This document shows positions 49,148 to 59,213 of a stretch of DNA of 64,000 bases, piece by piece (position 1 is the first letter of the stretch; every line of letters starts with the position of its first letter). Under the pieces are notes generated by a model. It was given only the letters and a program-made list of their open reading frames with translations. It made no database searches and was not told where the DNA came from. Location of the stretch: IMG/VR virus record IMGVR_UViG_3300032087_004307, positions 1,738 to 65,737 of that record. One strand, given 5' to 3'. This DNA comes from a virus. Lineage: Duplodnaviria; Caudoviricetes. Position numbers and translations under genes: made by a program.

Positions 49148-49356
49148 TGAGACTTAACGAATTTTACAATCCAGAATTTGATGATTTCCAGAAAGCAAAC
49201 GCCAAGGAAAGAAGAAAGCCTAAACTTACTTTAGAGCAGTTAAACAAATTGCGTAAAGTAAGAGCTATCAAACGTGCTGAAGATATCGAACACAAGAAGT
49301 TTGTTAGTGTGATGTATCAAGCACCAACAGATGCTGGTACTGGTGGCATTATCTAA
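49147..49356 (+). CDS. Small basic prohead-core/internal protein candidate
   Basis: Coupled to the portal stop (TAATG); N-terminal MRLNE resembles a prohead-protease site. Confidence 0.55.
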   Translation: MRLNEFYNPEFDDFQKANAKERRKPKLTLEQLNKLRKVRAIKRAEDIEHKKFVSVMYQAPTDAGTGGII

Positions 49357-50296
49357 ATTATACGTCGAAATATTAAACGACGGTAAACCCTTAACACCTA
49401 GGCTCGAAGCACAATTAACAAAGTGTGACTCTAATACTCAGGTTGTAATAGACTATAGTACTGAAAGTAATTCTTACTTTGATTCCAGCAAAAACATATT
49501 TAAAACTATACATGAAATAGTGGAAAATGCAAAAATTAAGCCAGAAAATGTTACTTTATATACAGGAAATCTTGTAGTATATAGGGCATACTCACGGTTT
49601 TTAACGCATTTCCAGGGCATAAAACCTTTTAAAAAAGTAGAATATAAAGACTTCTGGTTGCGTCAAACAGTAGAAATGCATAAAGAATATGTTGAAACTA
49701 ATACTGACCTCATAAAACCCAAGTACTATTCCAGTTTAAATAGAGCATGTAGATCCCACAGGGAAATGGCTCGGGAATATCTGATGTATAATGATTTGCT
49801 AGATAAAGGTATTTGTTCTTTTATCTGGATAGGTGAAAGTGCTGATGGAATCTCTGATACAAATGATTACTTTCATTATGTAAAAGAAAACACCAAAGAC
49901 TTTAATTCAGTATTTGACAATACATATTATGATTTAATAACTGAAACAAATACAGGATTAGAATCACCAGATTGGTTTTTAGATGTATTTTTTACAGAAA
50001 AATTATGGAGAAGTATATACTACAAACGGCCCTTTTTACTGATAGGAAATTATAGATCTTTGCATTACTTGAAGGAAATGGGATTCAAAACTTTTGATGG
50101 TGTGTTGTTTGATGAAAGTTATGATGAAGAAGCAGACCATTTAGTCAGAATAGAAAAGGTTTTAAAAGAAAACAAACGCATAATACAAACTAAATCTTTA
50201 AAAGAACTACATAGAATAATGAATTCCACAGAAATGTGCGAAATACTGCAACATAATTATAAAATGATAAATAACATTGCAAAACACAACTCATAA
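49331..50296 (+). CDS. Putative glycosyltransferase-like (GT10-like C-terminus) protein
   Basis: LNR...HR, ITET, FFTEKLWR...PF...G, LKEMGFKTF, FDESYD; family call tentative. Confidence 0.45.
   Translation: MLVLVALSKLYVEILNDGKPLTPRLEAQLTKCDSNTQVVIDYSTESNSYFDSSKNIFKTIHEIVENAKIKPENVTLYTGNLVVYRAYSRFLTHFQGIKPFKKVEYKDFWLRQTVEMHKEYVETNTDLIKPKYYSSLNRACRSHREMAREYLMYNDLLDKGICSFIWIGESADGISDTNDYFHYVKENTKDFNSVFDNTYYDLITETNTGLESPDWFLDVFFTEKLWRSIYYKRPFLLIGNYRSLHYLKEMGFKTFDGVLFDESYDEEADHLVRIEKVLKENKRIIQTKSLKELHRIMNSTEMCEILQHNYKMINNIAKHNS
50266..50273 (+). promoter_or_regulatory. Possible late promoter GATAAATA for the head operon (variant TATAAGTA at 50367-50374)
   Basis: Motif match upstream of the scaffold gene. 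Confidence 0.5.
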
Positions 50297-50439
50297 CAGT
50301 TTTTCACACTGAAGCACACTAATCGGCTCGTTTTGAGCCCATTTAAGCATAAAAACACAGTATTACTATAAGTATATAACAGGCACATCTGAAACATACG
50401 TTTCTGTGTGCAATAATTTATTAAATTGGAGAGACCACA

Positions 50440-51231
50440 ATGTCAGAATCAAGAACACAATTAGAAAACATTCTTGAACTTCTACTTGCTGAAGAAAACG
50501 AAAAAGCGGAAGAGCTTCTTCATGAGTATGTTGTTGCAAAAGCAAGAGCAGAATATGAGAAAGTTTTAGACGAAGACGTTTCTGAAGAAGAAGCAGTTGA
50601 AGAATCAGAAGAATCAGAAGAAGAAGCAGTTGAAGAATCAGAAGAATCTGAGGAAGAGGCTGTAGAAGAAACAGCAGAATACGAAGAAGAAGCAGTTGAA
50701 GAAGAAATCAGCGATGTTGACCCTGCTGGAGACTTTACACAAGAAATTCTTCAAGACGAAGAAGAAATTGAAGGCGACGAGCAAGACGAAGCAGAAGGTG
50801 ATGAAGAATCACATGATGAAGACTTAGAAGATAAAGTTGACAACATTGAAGACGAGCTTGAAGACCTTAAAGCAGAATTTGAAAAATTACTTGCTGACGA
50901 AGAAGGTGACGATGAGCCTAAAGATGAAGATGAAGCAGAAATGGACATGGAAGACGAACTTGATTTAGAGTCAGTTGAATATGACCTAGATGAAGAAGTT
51001 GCAGAAGAAGATGAAGTTGTTGAAGAAGCAACTAAATTATCTGACAATGTAGCGGCTCCAAGTGCACCTGCAGACGACAACAAAGATGCACCACTTCCAA
51101 GTGGCGGATCAAAAGTTGAAGCATCAGGTTCACCTGTTAAAATCAACGATGGCGGCGAAGGCAACCACGGCGATTCAGCAAAAGATCACACACCATCAGA
51201 CAACATTAAAGTAGAACCTAAGAAAGTTTAA
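50440..51231 (+). CDS. Highly acidic prohead core/scaffold protein
   Basis: Glu/Asp-rich, many [LIV]xE sites; between portal and prohead protease; GGAG SD. Confidence 0.7.
   Translation: MSESRTQLENILELLLAEENEKAEELLHEYVVAKARAEYEKVLDEDVSEEEAVEESEESEEEAVEESEESEEEAVEETAEYEEEAVEEEISDVDPAGDFTQEILQDEEEIEGDEQDEAEGDEESHDEDLEDKVDNIEDELEDLKAEFEKLLADEEGDDEPKDEDEAEMDMEDELDLESVEYDLDEEVAEEDEVVEEATKLSDNVAAPSAPADDNKDAPLPSGGSKVEASGSPVKINDGGEGNHGDSAKDHTPSDNIKVEPKKV
50581..50706 (+). repeat. 33-bp-period coding tandem repeat (EEEAVEESEES, about 3.5 copies)
   Basis: gaagaagaagcagttgaagaatcagaagaatc repeated. Confidence 0.8.
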
Positions 51232-51258
51232 TTACTTTTAATAGTTTGAGGAAATTGC

Positions 51259-51882
51259 ATGGCTAACAAGTTATACGAATATATGAGTCCCGAGCAGTCT
51301 GGAGTCCAGATAATGGAATCCAAAGACGGTAAGGACTTGTTTATGAAAGGTTTATTCATCCAGGGCGACGTAAAAAATCAGAATGGAAGAGTTTATCCTA
51401 AAGAAGAGATAGCAAAGGCATGTGAAAGTGTAAAAGAACGTCTTGCAAAAGGCGAGACTGTGATGGGTGAGTTAGATCACCCTGAAGAGTTACAAATAAA
51501 TTTGGACCGTGTAAGTCATATCATTACAGATTTGTATTGCGATGATTCAAACGGTTTAGGCAAACTTAAAATTATAGAAACACCTATGGGAAACATTGCA
51601 AGAGCATTGTTAAAGGCGGGAGCAAAACTTGGTGTTAGTAGCCGAGGTTCAGGAAACGTAAACGAAAGTGGACGTGTTTCAGACTTCGACATCGTAACAG
51701 TAGACATTGTGGCGCAACCAAGTGCCCCTGATGCCTACCCAAAGACTATATATGAGAGTTTATTTAATATGCATGGCGGTGCACAGATGTTTGATACCGC
51801 TTCAGCATTAACACACGATAAAAGTGCAGAAAAACACTTGATGAAAGCAATCACTGGTTTCATCAATGAATTAAAAATATAA
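51259..51882 (+). CDS. gp21: Prohead protease
   Basis: NQNGRVYP, GELDHP, GVSSRGSG, DIVAQPSAPDA. Confidence 0.95.
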   Translation: MANKLYEYMSPEQSGVQIMESKDGKDLFMKGLFIQGDVKNQNGRVYPKEEIAKACESVKERLAKGETVMGELDHPEELQINLDRVSHIITDLYCDDSNGLGKLKIIETPMGNIARALLKAGAKLGVSSRGSGNVNESGRVSDFDIVTVDIVAQPSAPDAYPKTIYESLFNMHGGAQMFDTASALTHDKSAEKHLMKAITGFINELKI

Positions 51883-51895
51883 GTAGGAGACTACT

Positions 51896-53008
51896 ATGGC
51901 AGTGAATTTTACAGAACTACTTGAGAATGCAGAGCTAACAGAAGATGTTAAATCTGCTCTTCAAGAAGCATGGGAAGGTAAAATTTCTGAAGCAAGAGAA
52001 GAGCTTACAGCGGAACTTAGAGAAGAATTTGCTCAAAGATATGATCATGACAAAAGTCAGATTGTTGAAGCAGTAGACAAATTTATTTCTGAAAAAGTTG
52101 AAGCAGAAATTTCTCAAATTGCAGAAGAAAAACAGTCCCTTGCAAACGACAGAGTAAAATACACGAAAGCAATTAGTGAACATGCTAAAGTACTTGACAA
52201 ATTTGTAACTGAAATGGTTGCTAAAGAAGTTAAAGAACTAAGAGCAGATAGAGCTAGAACAACTGAGCACGTTGCAAAATTAGATAATTTTGTAACTGAG
52301 CAATTGGCTAGTGAACTATCAGAGTTCCACGAAGATAAAAAATCTTTAGTAGAACAAAAAGTCAAAATGGTAAGAGAAGGCAAGAAGCAATTAGCAGAAG
52401 CCAAAATGGATTTCATTAGGAAAGCGGCTGACAAAGTGGAAACAGTTGTCAACAAAACTATTACTAATGAAGTTAAATCTTTCCGTGATGATATTACTAA
52501 TGCACGTGAAAACGACTTTGGTCGTAGAATTTTTGAAGCCTTTGCTAACGAATACGGTACTAGTTACTTAAACGAAGCAAAAGAGATCAAGAAAATACAA
52601 AAACAAATTACTGAAATGGAAACAAAACTTAATGAATCTAAGCAAGAAATTGCTGAGAAAGAAGATGCAGTTAAATTAACTGAATCTAAATTAAGAATTG
52701 CAGAAGACACAATTAACCGTAAGGAAACATTGAACAGTCTAATGGCACCACTAGGTAAAGAGAAGAAAGAATTGATGTTAGATTTACTTGAAAGTGTAAA
52801 AACAGACAAACTGGAAGAGTCCTTTAATAAGTACTTACCTTCAGTATTGGATGGAGAAGCACCAAGAGTTAAGAAAACATTATCAGAATCCGTTGTCAGT
52901 GAACACACTGGCGATAAGGCAATTGTTGTTAAAGCAGATGCCGACGAGAAAGCGGATGATATAGTAGAAATTGATATGATCCGCAAACTAGCCGGACTTT
53001 CAAAATAA
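51896..53008 (+). CDS. gp22: Major prohead scaffolding protein
   Basis: Coiled-coil Glu/Lys-rich protein between the protease and the capsid gene. Confidence 0.78.
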   Translation: MAVNFTELLENAELTEDVKSALQEAWEGKISEAREELTAELREEFAQRYDHDKSQIVEAVDKFISEKVEAEISQIAEEKQSLANDRVKYTKAISEHAKVLDKFVTEMVAKEVKELRADRARTTEHVAKLDNFVTEQLASELSEFHEDKKSLVEQKVKMVREGKKQLAEAKMDFIRKAADKVETVVNKTITNEVKSFRDDITNARENDFGRRIFEAFANEYGTSYLNEAKEIKKIQKQITEMETKLNESKQEIAEKEDAVKLTESKLRIAEDTINRKETLNSLMAPLGKEKKELMLDLLESVKTDKLEESFNKYLPSVLDGEAPRVKKTLSESVVSEHTGDKAIVVKADADEKADDIVEIDMIRKLAGLSK

Positions 53009-53023
53009 TTAGGAGTTATAAAA

Positions 53024-54163
53024 ATGGCAAACTTATTTGAAAGCAACTGGTCCGCAACTAAAGACGCTTTACTAGAAGGACTTTCTGGAAACAGAAAATC
53101 TAGTCTAGATGTTGTCCTCGAAAATACAAAGAGACATTTGTCCGAGGCCGCAACAGCAGGTGCCACAGGTGCAGGTTCAGTAGCGACATTAAACAAGGTT
53201 ATGTTACCACTAATTAGAAGGGTTATGCCTTCTGTTATTGCTAACGAACTAGTAGGTGTTCAACCTATGACTGGTCCAGTAGGGCAAATCCACACACTAA
53301 GAGTCAGATATTCTGAAACTGGTGGTGGAGCAACAGCAGGTGACGAGGCTTTAAGTCCTTTTAAACTTGCTAGTACTTATGCAGGTTCTCCAGATGCTAC
53401 GGCAACTGCTGAAGGACAAGCAGGTAGAAAAATGAGCATTCAGATCTTAAAAGAAACTGTTGAAGCGAAAACCAGAAGGTTATCAGCAAGATGGACTTTT
53501 GAGGCGGCTCAAGATGCAGAAAGTATGCACGGCGTTGACGTTGAAGCAGAAATTATGCAGGCTTTAGCACAAGAGATCGTAGTTGAAATCGACCAAGAAA
53601 TTATCGGTTCACTAAGAACTCTAGCAGGTGCTGGAACAACTTTAGACTTTAGTTCACTAAGTGGAACAAGTATTTACGTTGGTGACAGACATGCGGCTTT
53701 GGCTATTGAGATCAACAGAGCGGCTAACAGAATCGCGGCTAGAACAAGACGTGGCGCTGGTAACTACATTGTTGTTTCTCCAGAAGCATTGACAATCCTA
53801 CAAAGTGCGTCAACTTCAACATTTGCTAGAACAACTGAAGGATCTTTTGAAGCACCTACAAATACTAAATTTGTTGGTACTCTTAACGGTTCTATCAAAG
53901 TTTTTGCTGACAACTATGCGGCTGACGGTACTAAAGTACTTGTTGGTTACAAAGGATCAAGCGAAACTGATGCTCCAGCATTCTACTGCCCATATATCCC
54001 ATTAATGAGCACAGGCCCAGTAATGGATCCAAGCAGTTTTGAACCAGTAGTAAGTTTCATGACCAGATACGGTTATAAAGAACTTACAAATACTGCTTCA
54101 TCTCTTGGTAATGCGGCAGACTACGTTGATGCAGTTACTTTAAGTAACGTTGCATTCCAGTAA
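53024..54163 (+). CDS. gp23: Major capsid protein
   Basis: LIRRVMP, VGVQPMTGPVGQI, AKTRRL.ARWT.E.AQD, EIDQEI, FYCPYIPL, FMTRYG. Confidence 0.96.
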   Translation: MANLFESNWSATKDALLEGLSGNRKSSLDVVLENTKRHLSEAATAGATGAGSVATLNKVMLPLIRRVMPSVIANELVGVQPMTGPVGQIHTLRVRYSETGGGATAGDEALSPFKLASTYAGSPDATATAEGQAGRKMSIQILKETVEAKTRRLSARWTFEAAQDAESMHGVDVEAEIMQALAQEIVVEIDQEIIGSLRTLAGAGTTLDFSSLSGTSIYVGDRHAALAIEINRAANRIAARTRRGAGNYIVVSPEALTILQSASTSTFARTTEGSFEAPTNTKFVGTLNGSIKVFADNYAADGTKVLVGYKGSSETDAPAFYCPYIPLMSTGPVMDPSSFEPVVSFMTRYGYKELTNTASSLGNAADYVDAVTLSNVAFQ

Positions 54164-54219
54164 GCCGAAAGACTTACCGGTTTCAAAGTAGACCAGTTAC
54201 TAGTTCAACTAGAAACATT

Positions 54220-54249
54220 AAAAGAGGACTTTTTAAGTCCTCTTTTTTT
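54220..54249 (+). terminator. Rho-independent terminator after the capsid gene
   Basis: AAAAGAGGACT-TTTTA-AGTCCTCTTTT followed by further Ts. Confidence 0.88.
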
Positions 54250-54275
54250 GACTAAAAAATCTATATGTTAAAAAT

Positions 54276-54283
54276 GATAAATA
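54276..54283 (+). promoter_or_regulatory. Late promoter GATAAATA
   Basis: Between the terminator and ATG 54312. Confidence 0.72.
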
Positions 54284-54311
54284 GTCTTTATATATTAAAG
54301 GATTATACTAA

Positions 54312-57300
54312 ATGGCTACAAACAATACCTATATAAATGCTCAAGATGACTTTACAGTTAAGGGTAACCTAACCGTTGAAGGTAATGTAACACAGGTCAG
54401 TACAACTATTAATGAAAACAGAGTTGCGGCTGAAGAATTTATTATCAACTCTGATGGTGAAAACACAACAGCAAAACTGACACTTAACAGTAATAATACT
54501 TTTGCAAACATTAGTTTTATTGATGGCGGCAACATGGTTGTTGAGCCTAATCTACAAGGTAATATTATAATAGGTTCAGGCCAAACACTAACAGTGGCGG
54601 GCGGTGCCAACATTCAGGGTAACATATTTTTTGGTAATGTATCAGGTGTGGCTAGTGAAGCCACAATGTTTACTGATTTGGTTACAGTTGTTTTATCAGG
54701 AGATGCTACAGGCCAAGCACAATTTCAAGGTTCAGGAAATACAGCAACAATACCATTAGTATTAGATTCAGTAAACAGTAATACAGGAAGTTTTGGTGAT
54801 GCCGCGACAATTCCAAACTTTACAGTAAATGCAAAAGGACTACTTACAGCCGCAGGTGAAACAGCAGTAAGTATTACATCATCACAAGTATCTGATTTTA
54901 CAACTTCAGCAAGAGGTGTTTTATCAGGAAGTTTGGGTGTAGAATATAATAATTCATCCGGAGTTGTATCTTTAAGCCAATATGGAGGAGCAGGACAGTT
55001 TGGTAGTGCTACAGCAGTTCCTCAAATAGTAGTAGACGGTGGCGGAAGAATATCATCGTCAAGTAATGTTACTATAGCAATCCCTAGTTCACAAATTACA
55101 GATTTTACATCAAGAGTTAGATCAAATATTACAGTATCAGATTCAGGTGGAGACGGTTCTTTAGCATACAATAGTACATCTGGTGTAATTACATATACTG
55201 GCCCAAGTGCAAGTGAAGTAAGAGCTCACTTTACAGGCGGAACAGGTATAGATATCTCAAGTGGAACAGTTGCTATTGATAATACTGTAGTCCAAACAAC
55301 AGGCACACAAACAATAAGTGGTGCTAAAACATTTACAGGCACAGTTGACTTAACAGGTGCTACATTGCCAGGTAATATAACATTTGCTGGAAATATCACA
55401 GCAACAAATATTGATACAGTAACCCAAACAGATTCAATTATAACAGATAATAACATTTATCTAAACCAAGGTGGTTCAAACAGAGACGCAAAAATTCAAG
55501 TAGAGCGTACACCTGCAAATGCATATTTAATGTGGGACGATGGAACTAGCAGATGGCAGTTTAGTAATGACGGCTCATCAGATAACAATATGCTTACACT
55601 TTCAGACTTTAGTAGTGGTATAACAAGCGATATAGTTACAACAGGAAAAATTTTATATAGTAACATGTATAGTACGGAAGGAGATCTTCCTAGTGCGAGT
55701 ACATATCACGGAATGTTTGCTCATGTACATGCTACAGGAAAAGGATATTTTGCACATGGCGGCAACTGGATCAAATTATTAGATGAAACAAATTCTACAA
55801 CCGCAAACTTAACAGAAGGTAGCAATTTATATTATACCACAGCAAGAGCAAATAGTGCCATGGACGCCTATTTAAGTGGCGGCGACGGAATAGATTATAC
55901 TTCAGGGTCAATAGATGTAGACAGTACTGTTATAAGAACAACAGGAAATCAAAGTTTAGCAGGTGATAAAACATTTACAGGTAAACTAGTAGTACCTACA
56001 ACTGCAACAACAGAAGCAAACGCAATTTATTCAGATGGTAACGAAGCATACATTTATATAGACGGTGTTGCAAAACAGATTACTCCAACAGCAAGTGTTG
56101 GTAGTGTTGAAGATGTTGGCACAGGAGAAATTGATTTATATGCTGGAAACAGAATAGCAAGTAATGTTACATATCATGGTGTTAAAAGTTTAAGTAGTGG
56201 AACATATACAAGTGTTTCAGAAAATGCTAATGTTGTAACAGTTGAAGGTGACATATCTGCAATTAGAGGTGCCTTTAGTGCCGTGGATAATGCAGGTGAC
56301 GGAACATTCACATATAATAGTAGCACAGGACAATTTAGTTACTCTGGTGTTTCACAAAGCCAAATAAGAAGTGAATTTAGTGCAAATGGAAGTACATTAA
56401 GTTACGATAGTGGCACAGGTCAATTTACAAGTACAGCAGATAATTATGGTAATTGGAAATTTGATACAGAGACTGGAAGTCCTTTTACTGTTAGTAGTAC
56501 AGAACAAATTATATTCAACGGTGGTACAGGAATAGATATTACACATAGTGGTAATACTATTAGTATTGTAAATACAAATACAGCAGATATAACTTCAGTA
56601 TTAGCAGGAACAGGTTTAACAGGTGGTGGTACATCTGGAGATGTTACACTTAATGCAAACAGTTCATTTATTAGAGGGTTGTTTAGTGGCAGTGGTGACA
56701 TAAGTTATGACAGCAGTACTGGACAATTTAGTTTCACTGATTCAGATAGAAGTGATGCTACTATAAGAGGATTATTTAGTGGTAGCAGTGGTGTAAATTA
56801 TGATAACTCAACAGGAGTCATTACAGCCGATACAGCAGAAATTAGAGCAATGTTTAGTGGCAGTGGTGACATAAGTTATGACAGCAGTACTGGTGCATTT
56901 AGTTTTACAGATTCAGACAGAAGTGATGCTACAATCAGAGGACTGTTTAGTGCTAGTGGCGATTTAAACTATAATAGTTCAACTGGTGTATTTAGTTTTA
57001 CTAACGATGCTGGTGACATAGAAAGTGTTACAGCAGGAGTTGGACTATCAGGCGGCGGTTCAAGTGGAGCAGTTACATTAGATGTAATAGAAGCAACAAG
57101 TTCAGCATATGGTGGTATAAAGGTTGGATATACAGAAAATAGCCAAAACTACCCTGTAGAATTAGCCAGTGGAAAAGCATTTGTAAATGTACCTTGGGTA
57201 GATACAAATACTAACACAACATATACTGCTGGAACAGGATTAAGTTTATCAGGAACACAATTTAATGTTACTGGACTAACAGTTTCAGAATTAGCAGGAG

Positions 57301-57971
57301 GATCATTACAAACAAGTGGTGAAACTTTTGCAAATAATGATACGTCATTAATGACATCTGCCGCAATAGAAGATAAAATTTTAAGTTATGGTTATTCAAC
57401 CACAACAGGTGATATTACAGCCGTTGTAGCAGGTAATGGTTTAACAGGTGGTGCTACAAGTGGTAGTGCAACATTAACTGTTGACTTGTCAGACACAACC
57501 ACTTTCACAAGTACTAATACTGCCAGTAGAGCAGTTGTAAGAGACGGCTCAGGTAATTTTGCGGCAGGCACAATTACTGCAACAGCAACACAGGCCCAAT
57601 ATGCGGATTTGGCTGAGAAATACGAAGCAGACGCAGACTATGAACCAGGTACTGTTTTAGTTATAGGTGGCGAAAAAGAAGTCACAGTAACAGATGAAGC
57701 CGGAAGTTACAAAGTAGTAGGTGTTGTTAGTACAGACCCAGCATACTTAATGAACAGTCAAGCAAACGGTGTAGCAGTAGCATTACGTGGTAGAGTACCA
57801 TGTAAAGTAATTGGAAATGTAAACAAAGGAGATGTACTTGTTGCAAGTGATACTCCAGGATACGCAATGGTAGGTGCATCAGTACATACTCTTAGTCCGT
57901 TACAAATAGTTGGTAGAGCATTAGAAAGTAAAACTGATGCACAACCAGGCATTATCGAAATTATAGTTTAA
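54312..57971 (+). CDS. Fibre protein with C-terminal peptidase-G2-like autocleaving chaperone domain
   Basis: G/S/T-rich repeats; YADLAEKY...GTVL..GG, GVVSTDPAYLMN, VALRGRVPCKV, GDVLV. Confidence 0.8.
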   Translation: MATNNTYINAQDDFTVKGNLTVEGNVTQVSTTINENRVAAEEFIINSDGENTTAKLTLNSNNTFANISFIDGGNMVVEPNLQGNIIIGSGQTLTVAGGANIQGNIFFGNVSGVASEATMFTDLVTVVLSGDATGQAQFQGSGNTATIPLVLDSVNSNTGSFGDAATIPNFTVNAKGLLTAAGETAVSITSSQVSDFTTSARGVLSGSLGVEYNNSSGVVSLSQYGGAGQFGSATAVPQIVVDGGGRISSSSNVTIAIPSSQITDFTSRVRSNITVSDSGGDGSLAYNSTSGVITYTGPSASEVRAHFTGGTGIDISSGTVAIDNTVVQTTGTQTISGAKTFTGTVDLTGATLPGNITFAGNITATNIDTVTQTDSIITDNNIYLNQGGSNRDAKIQVERTPANAYLMWDDGTSRWQFSNDGSSDNNMLTLSDFSSGITSDIVTTGKILYSNMYSTEGDLPSASTYHGMFAHVHATGKGYFAHGGNWIKLLDETNSTTANLTEGSNLYYTTARANSAMDAYLSGGDGIDYTSGSIDVDSTVIRTTGNQSLAGDKTFTGKLVVPTTATTEANAIYSDGNEAYIYIDGVAKQITPTASVGSVEDVGTGEIDLYAGNRIASNVTYHGVKSLSSGTYTSVSENANVVTVEGDISAIRGAFSAVDNAGDGTFTYNSSTGQFSYSGVSQSQIRSEFSANGSTLSYDSGTGQFTSTADNYGNWKFDTETGSPFTVSSTEQIIFNGGTGIDITHSGNTISIVNTNTADITSVLAGTGLTGGGTSGDVTLNANSSFIRGLFSGSGDISYDSSTGQFSFTDSDRSDATIRGLFSGSSGVNYDNSTGVITADTAEIRAMFSGSGDISYDSSTGAFSFTDSDRSDATIRGLFSASGDLNYNSSTGVFSFTNDAGDIESVTAGVGLSGGGSSGAVTLDVIEATSSAYGGIKVGYTENSQNYPVELASGKAFVNVPWVDTNTNTTYTAGTGLSLSGTQFNVTGLTVSELAGGSLQTSGETFANNDTSLMTSAAIEDKILSYGYSTTTGDITAVVAGNGLTGGATSGSATLTVDLSDTTTFTSTNTASRAVVRDGSGNFAAGTITATATQAQYADLAEKYEADADYEPGTVLVIGGEKEVTVTDEAGSYKVVGVVSTDPAYLMNSQANGVAVALRGRVPCKVIGNVNKGDVLVASDTPGYAMVGASVHTLSPLQIVGRALESKTDAQPGIIEIIV
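56680..56960 (+). repeat. Recent internal duplication, 171-bp period (FSGSGDISYDSSTGxFSFTDSDRSDATIRGLFS)
   Basis: 43 identical nt at 56680-56722 and 56851-56893. Confidence 0.85.
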
Positions 57972-57976
57972 AAACT

Positions 57977-58005
57977 GATGTTTGCGTCGTAAACATCGAT
58001 AAATA
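57977..58005 (+). promoter_or_regulatory. Hairpin (GATGTTTGC/GTAAACATC) abutting late promoter GATAAATA (57998-58005)
   Basis: Inverted repeat after the fibre stop codon; ATG 5 nt after the motif. Confidence 0.65.
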
Positions 58006-58010
58006 TTATT

Positions 58011-59087
58011 ATGAAAATCATTAAAGGCCAAACTCCTACGGAAATTGTTCTGCACGAGGACGAATATCCAACAGGACTTGAACCCACAGACATTGTGGAA
58101 ATATTTCAAACTCCACTAACAGGTGCATATAATTGGGATTATACTGTACAAGACAATCGTGTAAAAAAACTTTACGAACTAGGCAAACAGTTAAACTGGA
58201 ATGCTGAAGTTGATGTTGATTGGTCTCCGGAGTTTAAACCATTATCAGATGAAGAATTTGACTTTGAAAACAATCAATGGGGTAAACATCCTGAGTATGC
58301 TAAATGGGATAATGACAAACGCAAAGAGTTTATCAGAGATTTGAATGCTTGGAGCATCAGTCAATTTTTACATGGCGAACAAGGTGCTTTATTAGTAGCA
58401 AGTCAGTTGGCCAGTTGTGCTCCTACATTTAATGCAAAACTGTATGCGGCTTCACAAACATTTGATGAAGCAAGACATGTAGAAGCATTTAACAAATATT
58501 TACAAACCAGAATACAAAAAACTTGGCCCATAGGCAGAGCCCTAAAAGGATTGCTGGATAAAATATTAACTGATCCACGTTGGGATTTAAAGTTTATAGG
58601 TATGCAAATTGTTATAGAAGGATTGGCACTTGCCGCCTTTCAGGCAAGTAAAGATGCCAGTAACGATCCTGTGTACAAGGAAATGGTAGGATACATTATC
58701 AGAGACGAAGCCAGGCACGTTACGTTTGGTGTAAACTATTTAGAAGAGTATGTAAAAACACTCACAGAAGAAGAACGTAACGACAGGGCACAATTTGCCT
58801 TAGAGGCCTGTACTGTAAGCAGAAACAGATTGAGAGCATATGATGTTTGGGAAAAATATGGTATGGACTTAGAGTTTACAGAAGAATATAATAAAACAAA
58901 TGTGTTTCAAGCACAATTCCAAGATGTATTATTCAGCCGAATAATGCCCAACCTAAAAAGAATAGGACTACTAACTGACGAACTTATACCTGAATATGAA
59001 AAACTAGGTGTAATGGGTTATGCAGATGGCGACTCAGATTTCGAAACCAGTTGGGAAGAACTAAGTAAACCACTTAAAACAGTATAA
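58011..59087 (+). CDS. Ferritin-like diiron oxygenase (AurF/aldehyde-deformylase-like fold)
   Basis: HGEQGA, DEARH, VIEG, DEARH: two ExxH diiron motifs. Confidence 0.8.
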   Translation: MKIIKGQTPTEIVLHEDEYPTGLEPTDIVEIFQTPLTGAYNWDYTVQDNRVKKLYELGKQLNWNAEVDVDWSPEFKPLSDEEFDFENNQWGKHPEYAKWDNDKRKEFIRDLNAWSISQFLHGEQGALLVASQLASCAPTFNAKLYAASQTFDEARHVEAFNKYLQTRIQKTWPIGRALKGLLDKILTDPRWDLKFIGMQIVIEGLALAAFQASKDASNDPVYKEMVGYIIRDEARHVTFGVNYLEEYVKTLTEEERNDRAQFALEACTVSRNRLRAYDVWEKYGMDLEFTEEYNKTNVFQAQFQDVLFSRIMPNLKRIGLLTDELIPEYEKLGVMGYADGDSDFETSWEELSKPLKTV

Positions 59088-59090
59088 AAA

Positions 59091-59098
59091 GATAAATA
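59091..59098 (+). promoter_or_regulatory. Late promoter GATAAATA
   Basis: Directly after the oxygenase stop, before a structured leader. Confidence 0.7.
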
Positions 59099-59103
59099 TA
59101 TGT

Positions 59104-59213
59104 AGACGGAGAAGACTGTGTCGTCACTCATGAATATCATGAGGACACAGACTAGGGTTCTTAAGGCATGGTGTCCTTATCACAACTCCTAGAACTGACC
59201 TGGATAATAAAGT
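59104..59213 (+). promoter_or_regulatory. Structured 5' leader (candidate cis-regulatory RNA)
   Basis: Two adjacent hairpins (59116-59150, 59152-59192) and an alternative 10-bp helix. Confidence 0.5.
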
